This document shows, piece by piece, positions 63,656 to 64,000 of a stretch of 64,000 bases of DNA. The stretch comes from a virus (lineage: Duplodnaviria; Heunggongvirae; Uroviricota; Caudoviricetes): the IMG/VR virus record IMGVR_UViG_3300033233_000007, one strand, 5' to 3'. The notes beneath the pieces are model-generated. The model was not told the origin of the DNA and ran no database searches. It saw only the letters and a program-made list of their open reading frames with translations. Made by a program: the position numbers and the translations under genes. The stretch's first letter is position 1; each line of letters begins with the position of its first letter.

Positions 63656-63727
63656 GTCGGCGCCGAAGCGGCCGATCTTCGAGTCTGCGGTCATCGGGCC
63701 GTCCATGTAGTTTCCGATTCTCGACCT

Positions 63728-63745
63728 CGAACGCATGGGGCCTGA
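63728..63745 (+). promoter_or_regulatory. phage-type promoter motif GGCCTGACTACTATAG
   Basis: It lies 42 nt upstream of the ATG at 63787 and is followed by a TTTTTAGGAGAGG RBS. Confidence 0.5.
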
Positions 63746-63786
63746 CTACTATAGCAGGGTAGAGGCACATTTTTAGGAGAGGCACA

Positions 63787-64000
63787 TGAAGATCGTCAGT
63801 CCGCTTCGCGTCGGTTCCGTCGTGTTGATCCGCACGGTGACGAACTATTACACGGGCGAGATTGCGCTGCTTTCGCCGTCGGAGATCGTGCTGAAATCCG
63901 CGGCATGGATCGCCAGTACGGGCCGGTACGCCGCGGCGCTCGAGAAGGGAACGCTGGACGAAGTGGAGCCGTATCCGGGTACCGGGGTCGTGTCGGTCAG
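63787..64000 (+). CDS. hypothetical protein (partial; continues beyond the window); inverted duplicate of 965..1240
   Basis: Translation MKIVSPLRVGSVVLIRTVTNYYTGEIALLS... is identical to the minus-strand protein at the left end. Confidence 0.5.

Noticed and set aside
1-64000. rRNA genes or an integrase/attachment site
   Set aside because: No rRNA-like conserved stretches. No tyrosine or serine recombinase motifs were found in any ORF in this window.

Overview
This 64 kb window is high-GC (roughly 60-65%) and reads like part of a large dsDNA phage or prophage genome.

- **Replication and recombination block (1.3-17.4 kb):**
  - Calcineurin-type SbcD/Mre11-like nuclease, RecA/RadA-like recombinase and a gp32-like SSB candidate.
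  - DnaE-type polymerase with a C-terminal family-4 UDG domain.
  - DEGH-box SF2 helicase and a DinG/XPD-like helicase.
  - C5-cytosine methyltransferase and a DEDDh exonuclease.
  - Prim-pol plus RepA/DnaB-like primase-helicase.
  - First HNH-AP2 homing endonuclease.
- **Proline-rich ORFs (19-24 kb):** probably structural.
- **Accessory region (24-34 kb):**
  - Many small ORFs.
  - A lower-GC insert carrying a homing-endonuclease-like gene and a fatty-acid-hydroxylase-family gene.
  - A TnpB gene and a frameshifted nucleotidyltransferase.
  - An SNase-like nuclease.
- **tRNA array (34.9-39.9 kb):** about 37 tightly packed minus-strand tRNA genes, parsed by hand and therefore tentative. It is interrupted by three HNH endonuclease genes and several non-tRNA structured elements.
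- **Island (40.3-44.8 kb):**
  - Host-type sigma70 promoters.
  - Two paralogous modules of a zinc-ribbon mini-protein translationally coupled (ATGA overlap) to a nucleotidyltransferase or to an Rx4H-containing protein.
  - A vWA protein and an AAA+ ATPase.
- **Downstream (44.8-51.7 kb):**
  - A second TnpB.
  - A HerA/FtsK-like ATPase whose P-loop is split by a LAGLIDADG intein.
  - An SPFH protein.
  - An orphan IS605-type right end.
- **Small-ORF run (52-60 kb):** about 30 small, mostly Cys-rich, translationally coupled ORFs, including a Clp_N protein.
- **Right end (60-64 kb):**
  - A CX5R phosphatase-like ORF with an in-frame TGA at the catalytic Cys position.
  - A DPPY DNA methyltransferase.
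- **Recurring signals:**
  - A T7-like promoter motif, GGCCTGACTACTATAG, occurs four times.
  - The two window ends carry an inverted duplicated gene.
  - The left end has a (GACCNC)n hexamer array.
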